DNA from: Candidatus Woesearchaeota archaeon
GTDB taxonomy: Archaea; Nanobdellota; Nanobdellia; Woesearchaeales; UBA11576
NCBI GenBank assembly: GCA_018668595.1
Contig: JABJCP010000013.1
Coordinates: forward strand, 64,116-128,115
Direction: 5' to 3'
DNA length: 64,000 nucleotides
Below the pieces are notes generated by a model. That model was not told the DNA's origin and did no database searches. It worked only from the letters and a program-made list of their open reading frames with translations. Within the stretch, counting starts at the first letter, position 1; each line of letters opens with the position of its first letter. This document shows positions 47,959 to 57,464 of the stretch, in pieces. The translations under genes and the position numbers were made by a program.

Positions 47959-49095
47959 TTATTGACCCACAAGCTCTCCTGTTTCTAAATCCTTAAAGAC
48001 AATTCCACCCATATTTGCAACATTTCTAAAAACATAAGAATCGTCTTCTTCAACAGATCCAACAGACGCCCAAATCTGTGCTAATTGAGAATATACAGAA
48101 ACGCCTTCACTAAGAACAATAGTAGGAACTTGAGTGATTTCATACTTTTCTAAAATTTCCTTTCCTTCAGATGATGCAATGTCAACTGTTTTTTCTGAAT
48201 TAATCTTAACACCATACTTCCCCAAAATAGACTTATGAACTGCAACATCATAACATTCTTCACAAGACTCGTCAACAAGATATGTAACTTCCACTAATCC
48301 TTTTATGTTACCTGAATCAAAGTCATAATATGGTGCTCCAACTTCTCTTAAAACATACATACCGTCAGGTTCTACTGATCCCCTCTCTGCCCAAGTACCC
48401 GCGATATCAGGATACTCTGCTAAATCATTAGAAAACAAAAGCGTAGGTAATTTGTTTATATCATATTTTTGTATCAACTCTTTTCCCTCAGCAGAATCAT
48501 ATTCTACAACCTCAACCCCAGCAACAGTAAGCTGATCTTTAGCTAAATTCGCAATAACTCCATCCCAGCTTACACAATCTTCACAATCAGAATTTTTTAA
48601 ATGAGTAATTTGAACCGCACCTCTTTGCTCACCATTTTTTACTAAAACAAAAGGTGGTTTAACATTATCAAATAATAATACATCCTTAACTTGTTTGAAA
48701 CCAGGAAGTTTAACTTTATCAATTTCTCCAATAACTAGTATAGCAGGAATTTTTTCAATAGCATATTTAGCAACTAAAACTTGTGATTCAGGAGAACTAA
48801 CATCAAAAAAAGCCTCATTTTCAATCTCAATATTTTTTGCTTTAATTTTATTAACATCAGGTGCAATATCAGAACAAAGATTACAAGAAGCATCAGAAAT
48901 CACTGCAATACTAATTTTTGCAGGTGCCTTAACTTCATTAACATGATAAATAGCCGGACCTAATGCCTTGCCAATATCCATCAAAGAAACTGCATTGTAA
49001 ACAACCATTATAACTAAAAACGCGATTAAAAAAGGAATAAGTTTTGTTGTTAAAAAACTAGATTTTGATTTACGCTGTTTAGACATCATCACCAC
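47959..49095 (-). CDS. Membrane-anchored protein with three thioredoxin-like CxxC repeats
   Basis: CNLC, CEDC and CEEC, each followed by S.EG..L..KY.I...P; N-terminal TM. Confidence 0.8.
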   Translation of the reverse strand: MVMMSKQRKSKSSFLTTKLIPFLIAFLVIMVVYNAVSLMDIGKALGPAIYHVNEVKAPAKISIAVISDASCNLCSDIAPDVNKIKAKNIEIENEAFFDVSSPESQVLVAKYAIEKIPAILVIGEIDKVKLPGFKQVKDVLLFDNVKPPFVLVKNGEQRGAVQITHLKNSDCEDCVSWDGVIANLAKDQLTVAGVEVVEYDSAEGKELIQKYDINKLPTLLFSNDLAEYPDIAGTWAERGSVEPDGMYVLREVGAPYYDFDSGNIKGLVEVTYLVDESCEECYDVAVHKSILGKYGVKINSEKTVDIASSEGKEILEKYEITQVPTIVLSEGVSVYSQLAQIWASVGSVEEDDSYVFRNVANMGGIVFKDLETGELVGQ

Positions 49096-49316
49096 CCCTC
49101 TTGAACATTAATGAATAATTGATGTGCAAAATCTGCAGTTGGTAAAACCGGATTTTCTATTTCTAATTCAGGTTCAACAACAGGTTTTAGTTCATACAAC
49201 TCATTGACTTTATCAAGTTGCGACCTCATATTATTTAATTCATATGCTTGAAACACAGTAAGAATAACTATAATAGCCAACAAAATAAAAATAAAATGCC
49301 TTAAGTTAATTTTCAT
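49089..49316 (-). CDS. Small single-TM protein
   Basis: 75 aa; SD AGGTGA; overlaps the next gene. Confidence 0.65.
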   Translation of the reverse strand: MKINLRHFIFILLAIIVILTVFQAYELNNMRSQLDKVNELYELKPVVEPELEIENPVLPTADFAHQLFINVQEGW

Positions 49317-49517
49317 ATTATCACCTTTAAATGCTATTTATTATGAAATCAGATATGAATGAGTAGTTACTCAAAAAAATGGTAAGTATATAAATTTTTT
49401 TAGTCTTAAATATATACTAACAACCCGCATACTCTCAAATATTATAAGAATTAAATTTAATACAAATTAAATGTGATATACATTAAATGCAGTACAAATT
49501 AAATCATTGTGCTCAGT

Positions 49518-51347
49518 TCAAATTCTCTTTTTGTAGCTTCTAATAGAAAACATAAGAATTATAATTCCAACAACTGAATATCCCACTAACTGCAAGAATT
49601 GATTAAACGCATATATTAAAGGAGCGAAATGGAATAAAAATATTTTTCTAAAAATACTTTCTCCAATCACAACAGGATTAAACGATGCAATCAAAGATGC
49701 AGACTTTGGCATCACTTCAAGAGGCGCAATAGTTGCACTAAATAAAAAGAAACCAAGTGCGAATAAAGTTGTTATTAAAATAGACGTTTGTTGATTCTCA
49801 AAAAAGTAAGCAAAGCTCATACCTAAAAAAACAAAAATTAGAATAAGAACAGAACAAACAAGTAACGAATCAAGCAAAAGACCATTAAAAATAGGAATTG
49901 CAAAACTAAACTCTGCAACAAAAAACAAAACTAAAACCTGAAACAAAACAATAATCAAATTTGTAATTACCAAACCTAAAGTAAAATCAAACTGTGAAAC
50001 AGGAGTTATTAGATTTCTAAAAAATGACTTCGAATTAATCTCAGACAAAGTAACAATATTAGAAAACAACAAGGAAATAAAAGTAATAACAATAACCAAT
50101 AACATAGGAAATAACAATGCAATACTTTTTACATTAAGTAAAGACTCAAAAGAATAAGAAATAGGTTTTACAAAACTTGCTGCTTGATCAGGACTAACAC
50201 CTGCAAAAGTTTCAAGATCTGCATCTAGTTTTTCAGCAATATCAGTTAGCTTAATAATTGCTTTATCCATTTTTTTAATATAATCATCAGTAGTTTGAAT
50301 TTCTTGTTCAAGCATATCATTGATAAGTTCTATTTGATCCATTAAAATATTAAACTGAAGAATTAAATCATCAAATTGATCGTCTAAAAAAACAATATTT
50401 TCAGAACCAGAATTTAATGAAGTTGATAAATCATCTAATTTATCTTTAAGATTTTTTAATTTGATGCTTGTTTGATCTAAATAATATGTGCTGAAATACT
50501 TTTGAGAGTAAAGGGGATTTCCCATACCATCATAACCAGAAATATAATAATAAGTCTGTGATGAAAAATCTGCAGACGTAGTATCTAGATCCAACGCTGC
50601 AGCATCTAACCAAAAACCCAAACCATCAACAGTCCATTTTAAAGTATTTATTTCATTGTTTATTTTATTAAAAGGATTGCTCATATGTAATGTGTTAAGT
50701 TCATCCTGAATTGTTTTGAGTTTTTCATAAGCTGGCGAGAAGTCATCCTGAACATTTTCTAACTTTTGCTTTCTTAAAATCAAACCATCTCTTATTTCTT
50801 CAGACTCTCCAATAGCATCATCAATATCGCTTCTTTTTTCTCCTATGAACACAATCATTTCTTGAACATTAGAAAGCAAAGCCTCTGTACTCTTAATGCT
50901 AATTTCTTCTGAAGCAACACCCAAAATATTTTCCAAACCTTCAATAATTAAATCAGTAATTTTTTTCCTAGAATTATCATAATGAAAAGTAATAATCCCT
51001 GATGGAACTTTATTTCCATTTTTATACTTGACAAAATCATCGCTGAATTCTAAACAAATATGCACTCTCTCGCGTTTGACATCACGAATACAACTCGAAG
51101 TTGAATGATATCTATAAACAGAACCAAATCTATAAAACTTATCTAAAAGCACATCAGAAACATCTACAAAATCATCAGTAATAACCCCGAATCGAACACT
51201 ATGAATACTGTCTCCACTATATGCCCAACCAATTAAAAGAATCAATAAAAGCGGACCTATGATTAAAAGACCAATAGTAGTCCAACTTCTAAAAATTATC
51301 TTAAAGTTCTTACCAATTTCGGAAAATACTCTTTGAAAAAATCCCAT
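49518..51347 (-). CDS. ABC-2 type transporter permease with large extracellular coiled-coil
   Basis: N-terminal TM, long helical loop, about 6 C-terminal TMs, APLEVMP. Confidence 0.88.
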   Translation of the reverse strand: MGFFQRVFSEIGKNFKIIFRSWTTIGLLIIGPLLLILLIGWAYSGDSIHSVRFGVITDDFVDVSDVLLDKFYRFGSVYRYHSTSSCIRDVKRERVHICLEFSDDFVKYKNGNKVPSGIITFHYDNSRKKITDLIIEGLENILGVASEEISIKSTEALLSNVQEMIVFIGEKRSDIDDAIGESEEIRDGLILRKQKLENVQDDFSPAYEKLKTIQDELNTLHMSNPFNKINNEINTLKWTVDGLGFWLDAAALDLDTTSADFSSQTYYYISGYDGMGNPLYSQKYFSTYYLDQTSIKLKNLKDKLDDLSTSLNSGSENIVFLDDQFDDLILQFNILMDQIELINDMLEQEIQTTDDYIKKMDKAIIKLTDIAEKLDADLETFAGVSPDQAASFVKPISYSFESLLNVKSIALLFPMLLVIVITFISLLFSNIVTLSEINSKSFFRNLITPVSQFDFTLGLVITNLIIVLFQVLVLFFVAEFSFAIPIFNGLLLDSLLVCSVLILIFVFLGMSFAYFFENQQTSILITTLFALGFFLFSATIAPLEVMPKSASLIASFNPVVIGESIFRKIFLFHFAPLIYAFNQFLQLVGYSVVGIIILMFSIRSYKKRI

Positions 51348-51403
51348 TTTTTATTTTTTGTAATTTATTTATTGTTTTTTGTTTATAGTTGTTTATTATT
51401 TTT

Positions 51404-51586
51404 TGCATTACTGCGGCAGTTCATCAAATTCTATGAATTTGATCAATCGAAAAACACCTTGCATGAATCAGGCGTTTTTCTGCATTACTTCAGCTTCTCG
51501 TTTCTCTCGTAGCTGAATTCATCAAAGCAAAGCTTTGAACTAATTAAACTTTGTAAGTTCAAATAACTTGCTAAGGCAGTAATGCA
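51404..51586 (+). repeat. ~180-bp multi-hairpin dispersed element, copy 3
   Basis: TGCATTACTGC...GCAGTAATGCA ends; lies between the ABC ATPase and permease genes. Confidence 0.95.
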
Positions 51587-51597
51587 CATCTTGTCGT

Positions 51598-52365
51598 TTA
51601 CTTTGTATAATGCTGAAATACTTCGTCAAATGAATTATTATGAAATTTCTTTTTGAAATCTTTAACACGTACTGCAAACTCAAACCTACCTTTATTCATA
51701 ATTGCAAAACGATCACAATTCTCCTCTATTTCATTAAACAAATGAGTAATCACAATAACTGTCTTGCCTTTTTTATTAAATTGCTTGACAATATGCCAAA
51801 AAACTTTAACCAAAAGAGGATCTAGTCCTGTGGTCGGCTCATCCATTATTAAAATCTCAGGATCATGAATTAATGAAATTGCAAAATCCAATCTTCTTTT
51901 CATACCTCCAGAAATTTTTTCTGCAAGTTTATTTTTATGAGACAAAAGACCAACACTTTCAAGAACATCGTGAATATGATGTTTTAATTTTCTATCTTCG
52001 GGTTTATAACCATAAAGCTTAGAATAATATTTCATATTCTCATAAATAGTAAGTTTGTCATAGAAACTATTTTCTTGCGTTGTGTAACCCACAATATGCT
52101 TAAGCTTATCTAACTTTTTTGTGATATCTTCTCCTCGGTATAAAATATTTCCTGAATTAGCTGCATAAAAACCAATTAAAATTTTTAATAATGTACTTTT
52201 GCCACAACCACTTCTTCCAATAAGCCCTATAATTTCTCCTTCAATTATATCAATAGAAAGATTATCCAACACAACAGTTTTGCCAAATTGTTTAGTGACG
52301 TTCTGTAAAGAAATTAGTGAAGTAGACTGATCTTCTTTCACCTCTTTTGACTGTTTTTTTTTCAT
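51598..52365 (-). CDS. ABC transporter ATP-binding protein
   Basis: GRSGCGKST, ISGGMKRR, IMDEPTTGLD, ITH. Confidence 0.96.
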   Translation of the reverse strand: MKKKQSKEVKEDQSTSLISLQNVTKQFGKTVVLDNLSIDIIEGEIIGLIGRSGCGKSTLLKILIGFYAANSGNILYRGEDITKKLDKLKHIVGYTTQENSFYDKLTIYENMKYYSKLYGYKPEDRKLKHHIHDVLESVGLLSHKNKLAEKISGGMKRRLDFAISLIHDPEILIMDEPTTGLDPLLVKVFWHIVKQFNKKGKTVIVITHLFNEIEENCDRFAIMNKGRFEFAVRVKDFKKKFHNNSFDEVFQHYTK

Positions 52366-52379
52366 ATTAGATACCGGTT

Positions 52380-52868
52380 TTAGATTCCTTCAAATTCATA
52401 TAACAATTTATCATTATCAAGTCCTTTTGATAATTTGTGCCAACACATCCCCTTTCTCATTTTCTTTCTCAGGAAACTTATGAATTCATCTCTTTTTTCT
52501 TTAGGCCAAAGATCAAATAAAAAAGCAGCCTTGCACAAATGAAGAGTATCGCAATGACCATCCCTTAAATCAGTTCCATTATCTGTTCCACAAATCTCTT
52601 GATGAATAGGACAAAAAATCAAATCTTTATCAACATCATAAATTAAATTTCTGCAAACACCTGAATTTCGTAACTCTCTTGCAGGATGACGATCACGAAA
52701 ATGCTTAAGCTGTTTTTTATTATGTTTATCAGATACTGAATGTTTGAATTCAAGAGTATTTTTTTTTATTCCTTGAGCCACTTCCTCTTTTGAATCTGAA
52801 AGCTTACCGCAACAGCCAATGCACAAAACACCCAATGAATTGCACAAACTCGACTTAATATAAGACAT
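52380..52868 (-). CDS. Cys-rich putative metal/Fe-S-binding protein (CxxCC type)
   Basis: LC..LGVLCIGCCG, GVCRNL, FCPIH, HCDTLHLCK. Confidence 0.7.
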   Translation of the reverse strand: MSYIKSSLCNSLGVLCIGCCGKLSDSKEEVAQGIKKNTLEFKHSVSDKHNKKQLKHFRDRHPARELRNSGVCRNLIYDVDKDLIFCPIHQEICGTDNGTDLRDGHCDTLHLCKAAFLFDLWPKEKRDEFISFLRKKMRKGMCWHKLSKGLDNDKLLYEFEGI

Positions 52869-52911
52869 ATATAAATAGAAAATGTTTTTATTTAAATAAT
52901 CTTCGAATGTT

Positions 52912-53490
52912 TTAACGCTCTTGATGTTTTAATACTCTTCTAGAAATAATGTCTGGCTGTCTTGTTAATTCAGGAATTCTATAACCAATACAAAATGGTT
53001 CTATAATTTTAACTGCATCCTCAGAAGATAATTCTTTGCATCCTGAAGAAACATAAATTGGTTTCACATCATCTGCTGAACGAAATGCATAACCTGCAAA
53101 TTTATTGGTTATATTTATTCTTGATTTACTAAATTGTTTTAAATCAGGTTCTTCATAATCTCCAACTAAGTAATTTTTGGCAACACCCATTGTTTTTATT
53201 TGAAATGCTTTATTATATTCGCACGCAGCACCGAAAAGATTTGGATGAATTGTTCCATTACCATCGATAACAAGAACATCAATACTTTTGTTTGTTTGTT
53301 TTAATTTAGGCAAGAGTAAATCCAGACCTTTTTGTTCTCTGAGATATAGTTTTCCAGGAACATAATTATTTGTTGGAACAAACTCTTGTGTAAATGAATT
53401 GACAAAATCTTGATTCTCAAAAATACAAAGACAAGCAACTGCTAAATTAGATTCCTTTGAATAACTTACATCATATCCTGCAAATATCAT
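52912..53490 (-). CDS. nfi: Endonuclease V
   Basis: AGYDVSY, YVPGKLYLRE, IDGNGTIHP, GVAK, PIYVSSG, YRIPELTR. Confidence 0.92.
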   Translation of the reverse strand: MIFAGYDVSYSKESNLAVACLCIFENQDFVNSFTQEFVPTNNYVPGKLYLREQKGLDLLLPKLKQTNKSIDVLVIDGNGTIHPNLFGAACEYNKAFQIKTMGVAKNYLVGDYEEPDLKQFSKSRINITNKFAGYAFRSADDVKPIYVSSGCKELSSEDAVKIIEPFCIGYRIPELTRQPDIISRRVLKHQER

Positions 53491-53527
53491 TTTTCAATTA
53501 TCTTCAATTATTTCCAATTATTTCCAA

Positions 53528-54229
53528 TTATTTTTCTGAAGCGTCGATGAATAAAAGTTTGCCTGACTTTTTAGAATAAACAAATTCAAAATAACCAAGT
53601 CGTGGTTGATAATAAGGAATGTTACCTACTCGCGTTTGTTTAGATAATGATTTTACAACATACCACATTAACTGCTTAATATTTTTGTCAGACTCTTTGA
53701 CATTTAAATAATCCATCCGTCTAAAATCATGATTGTTGTAATTTTTGAATATCGCACTCCAAGGAGTTATTTGAGCATGACAAAGTTTTTCTAGATTAGG
53801 TTCTTTTGCCATCTCAATAGTAAGTTGATTTTTTTCTGAAATGACAACACCGCAATATTCTGCAGGATCATATTCATTTATTAAAATTTTATAATGTTCT
53901 TCATCAGATGAATCAATTTTTTTATTTAAATCAGAGATAATCGAATCTAAATTCTGATCGATGTAAGTAAACCTTTGGAATGAACTTGATGTTGGAACTG
54001 CTCTCAAAACAACCCTGTCATCATATTTATCAAATATTTTTTGAGCTTGGGATTGATTTTGGTAAAAATTATTTAATGAAAGAATGTGGAACTCATAAGT
54101 AGGCAAGTTACTTTTTCTTAGTCTATCTATCATAACAAGTTTATTTTCTTCGATTATGAAATTACCAGTCTGAATACTATGATCTTGTTGTGCTTTAATC
54201 CATCCTGAAAGATTTTTTTGGTATGTCAT
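53528..54229 (-). CDS. Minimal ATP-grasp-like protein
   Basis: NK...RLRKSNLPT, VVLRA, ILINEY, GYFEFVY...GKLLFID follow the order of ATP-grasp core motifs (inferred by eye). Confidence 0.55.
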   Translation of the reverse strand: MTYQKNLSGWIKAQQDHSIQTGNFIIEENKLVMIDRLRKSNLPTYEFHILSLNNFYQNQSQAQKIFDKYDDRVVLRAVPTSSSFQRFTYIDQNLDSIISDLNKKIDSSDEEHYKILINEYDPAEYCGVVISEKNQLTIEMAKEPNLEKLCHAQITPWSAIFKNYNNHDFRRMDYLNVKESDKNIKQLMWYVVKSLSKQTRVGNIPYYQPRLGYFEFVYSKKSGKLLFIDASEK

Positions 54230-55501
54230 TTAGGTTAACTCAGTATGTCTTAAGCTTAGTTCATTTAAAATATCTTTTGTAGTTAAATTATGTTTTGCCA
54301 TGTAGATCGATATAAAATAGGTAAGATCTGCAACTTCCCACACTTTTTCTGCTCTTGACTTTGCTTGAGTTACCTCGAATGCTTCTTCAATTATTTTTTT
54401 GTGAAGTTTTTCTGAGTTATTAGCAATTTTAGCAGTGTATGAAATTGAATTACTTTTATTTTTTAGATCTATTCTTTTCTTTAGGAATTCTTTTAAGTAA
54501 TTCAGATTAAATTCCTTATTTTCTTTGTTAAAGCAACTGTAAGTATTTTTATGACAAGCAAAACCTTTTTGTTTCACTCTGAATAATAATGTGTCATTAT
54601 CACAATCATAAGTTATTTTTGTTAATTTTTGTTTATTTCCTGACGATTCTCCTTTAGTCCAAAGTTTATTTCGAGATCTACTAAAATAAGTTGCATACTG
54701 AGTGGTCAGAGATTTGTGTAATGAAAATTTACTACTATATGCAAGCATTAAAACTTGATTATTCTCGTCCTGAACTATTGTTGGAATCAATTTTGATTTG
54801 CTTTTTTCAAAATCTATTGAATTAACCAATGCTTTGTTAAGATTAATTTTTCCTGTGTAAATTGACATTCCAAGAACACAGTCAAGATCTTGATGTTCAA
54901 TTTCTTTAATTTCTTTGTATTCAGATATTCCTCCTGCAATAATAATTCTCTTATTAAACTCTTTTTTGAGTTCAGCTAGTTTTTTGATAAAATTTTTGTT
55001 TGCACCTTTGTTTAAACCTTCTACATCAACATTAGTTATCAAAAATCCTGCACAGTAATTTTTTAGTTTTTTTATTTGGTTTTTTATGTTGATTGATTTT
55101 GTTTTAGTCCAGCCATGAGTGGCAAGTTTTCCTCCTTTGAGATCAAGTGCTACAATAACTCTGCTTGGTGGAAGCGACTTTAGAAATTCTTTGTTTGCAG
55201 ATGTTCCAACAATTATATGTTTTGCTCCAGCTCGCAAGTATTCGTATACTAATTCTTTTGAACGAATTCCACCACCCACATTACACCTTAATTTTTTGCA
55301 AAGAGATTTTATTAACTCTTTATTAGATTTTTTAATAGACCCATTTGATAATGCAGCGTCGAGATCAATAACATTTGTTTCTGGAAAAAGCCTGAACTCT
55401 TTGATAAGCTTTTTTAGATTTGGTTGCTCTAAAACTTTTTCTTTTCCTTGCTTTAATTGAACTGCTGTGTTGTTCATTAGGTCTATTGAAGGTATTATCA
55501 T
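54230..55501 (-). CDS. HisA-like (ProFAR isomerase) / HisI / HisE triple fusion
   Basis: IIPSIDL, VIDLDAA, VGGGIRS, VALD, AGGIS (HisA); SRSR..LWTKGESSG, DCDNDTLL, ACH..SCF (HisI); SYT, KIIEEAFEV, WEVADL (HisE). Confidence 0.92.
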   Translation of the reverse strand: MIIPSIDLMNNTAVQLKQGKEKVLEQPNLKKLIKEFRLFPETNVIDLDAALSNGSIKKSNKELIKSLCKKLRCNVGGGIRSKELVYEYLRAGAKHIIVGTSANKEFLKSLPPSRVIVALDLKGGKLATHGWTKTKSINIKNQIKKLKNYCAGFLITNVDVEGLNKGANKNFIKKLAELKKEFNKRIIIAGGISEYKEIKEIEHQDLDCVLGMSIYTGKINLNKALVNSIDFEKSKSKLIPTIVQDENNQVLMLAYSSKFSLHKSLTTQYATYFSRSRNKLWTKGESSGNKQKLTKITYDCDNDTLLFRVKQKGFACHKNTYSCFNKENKEFNLNYLKEFLKKRIDLKNKSNSISYTAKIANNSEKLHKKIIEEAFEVTQAKSRAEKVWEVADLTYFISIYMAKHNLTTKDILNELSLRHTELT

Positions 55502-55520
55502 TTTTATCTCCTATTTATTT

Positions 55521-56243
55521 TTAAAAATTATTTGTCCTAATTTGCTCTTCTGTTAAAAACTCAGAGTAGTTTAAATTCATTTTCTTTAATCCTGCTGATA
55601 ACATCTTTTTTAATTTTAGTACTGTTTCTAATTTTTGTTCTTCAAGTTTTGAATTTGCAATCAATCTTGTTGTTGATTTCATAATTACATCAAGTACTTT
55701 CAAGTTATTTTGTTTTAACGATCTTCCTGATTGAGTGTGATCTACAATTACATCAGCAAATTCAGGAACAAAACACTCTGTTGAACCATAAGTTTTTATT
55801 ATTCTAAACTTTTTGTTTTTAGAGCGAAAATAACCTTTTGTAATTTCAGTATACTCTGATGCTACAGTTAATGTTTTTGGTGCAGTTGAATCTCTGAAAT
55901 TTTTTGGCGCTGCAACCATTAAAAATACAGGCATGGTTTTAAGGTCTAGAATAAATTCAACACTGGCGTTCTCATCCTCGACCAGGTCAAGTCCAATAAT
56001 GCCCACATCAACAAGTCCTTCCTCAACCATTTTTGGAATGTTTCTTGGTTTTAAAATTCTAAACTCAAACTCAGAAATATTAGATTCTGGTTTGTAGTTT
56101 CTCTCTGAACCGCTAAGAAAAATTTTAGATTTTTCTAAAAGTTCTTTTGTGCTTTCCATAAGTCTTCCTTTAGGCAAAGCAATTTTGATAACATTCCCGT
56201 TCATTAGTTGTTGATTTTTTTTGTTTGTGTTTTCATCATTCAT
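55521..56243 (-). CDS. hisG: ATP phosphoribosyltransferase, short form (no C-terminal regulatory domain)
   Basis: IALPKGRL, IPKMVEEGLVDVGIIGLDLVEDE, VASEY, YGSTE, ADVIVDHTQSGRSLKQNNL. Confidence 0.93.
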   Translation of the reverse strand: MNDENTNKKNQQLMNGNVIKIALPKGRLMESTKELLEKSKIFLSGSERNYKPESNISEFEFRILKPRNIPKMVEEGLVDVGIIGLDLVEDENASVEFILDLKTMPVFLMVAAPKNFRDSTAPKTLTVASEYTEITKGYFRSKNKKFRIIKTYGSTECFVPEFADVIVDHTQSGRSLKQNNLKVLDVIMKSTTRLIANSKLEEQKLETVLKLKKMLSAGLKKMNLNYSEFLTEEQIRTNNF

Positions 56244-56268
56244 TTTTTCTCACCTGCGCAAACTGCAT

Positions 56269-57327
56269 TTAATTAGATAAATCTTCAAAGAGTTCTGACC
56301 AAACTCTGACAATTGTATCTTTATCTTTTCCTTGCCTCCACAAATCTTTGTCAAATGATTTTTGTTTCTGTGTTTTATTTTGTTTTTTATTTTGTTTTTG
56401 ATTTTCGCTTTGTTTTTGTTTAATCCTCATACCATCAGGAGTAATCTCTGAATGAATTCTTGTTCCTGAATAATTCATAAAATAACAAAGATCGACGAGC
56501 TCATAACCTTTACTTTGAAGTAAACGATTAAGCATCAATGATGCCATTCTTGCAACTGATCTTGCAGTACTTGTGTTTATGTAGAATTCTGCAAACTCAT
56601 CAGGAATACATTCGTCTTTATCAGGAAGAGGGTTACGCCAATCAAAACGAATAATATCTTTTGGAAACTTGGACTCATAGTTGATTGGCTTACCTAATGT
56701 TATTTTCTTGTTGGTCAATTTTGTCTTGTGTTGGTCAACTGTTTTCAAATTATGTTTCATGGTTCCAACAAGATAATTCTTCCAAATAATTTCTAACGGA
56801 GGTATTGAATTTGCTAAGAAAACAATTGCATAAGTTTTGTTTTTATGAATTGTTTGGCCTAAGTAATTTGAAATAAATGGAAAGTTCTTAGGAATTAATT
56901 TTTCTGCATCTTTTGTAATCAATTTATCTTGCTTCTTTTTTGTAACATGATTTGAAACATTATTGTTAAGCATTGAAGCAAAAAGTCTCCAGAATTTTAA
57001 TCTTAAAATATCTGTGTGCTCAACAACACCATAACGATTGTAAGTAAAAGAATACATTGTTGGTTTTAATTCAATTAAAGCAATTTTTGGTTTTAAGTTT
57101 GTGCTTTTTATTTCAAAGAATTTTTTACTTTCTCCTTCAATAAATGGTTTTTTGAAATTAACTTTATTTAGGTTTTCTTGTACATAATACTCAACAATAT
57201 TTCTTATGTTTTCAAATAAAGAATTTTTTGAACAAACTAACCCCTGTTCTTTTGATTTTTCTAAATTTGTTTTAATATTTAAAGTTTTTAACACTTGTTT
57301 GATTTGATTTAATTGTTTTTTTTGCAT
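56269..57327 (-). CDS. Second, divergent SAICAR-synthetase-fold protein
   Basis: IEGESK, PPLEIIWKNYLVGT, GYELVDL, SEITPDGMRI, SFDKDLWRQG; the DxKxEFG motif is altered to DLCYFMN. Confidence 0.8.
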   Translation of the reverse strand: MQKKQLNQIKQVLKTLNIKTNLEKSKEQGLVCSKNSLFENIRNIVEYYVQENLNKVNFKKPFIEGESKKFFEIKSTNLKPKIALIELKPTMYSFTYNRYGVVEHTDILRLKFWRLFASMLNNNVSNHVTKKKQDKLITKDAEKLIPKNFPFISNYLGQTIHKNKTYAIVFLANSIPPLEIIWKNYLVGTMKHNLKTVDQHKTKLTNKKITLGKPINYESKFPKDIIRFDWRNPLPDKDECIPDEFAEFYINTSTARSVARMASLMLNRLLQSKGYELVDLCYFMNYSGTRIHSEITPDGMRIKQKQSENQKQNKKQNKTQKQKSFDKDLWRQGKDKDTIVRVWSELFEDLSN

Positions 57328-57464
57328 AAATATCACCTAACATATTGTTTATTTGCTCAATTACAGAATAAGTTAGGTGCAAGAGGTAAATAAAATTAGT
57401 TGGACGAAATTTTATCAAAATCTAAAATAAATAGAAATAAATTAGAAAAAAATAAAAAATAGGT

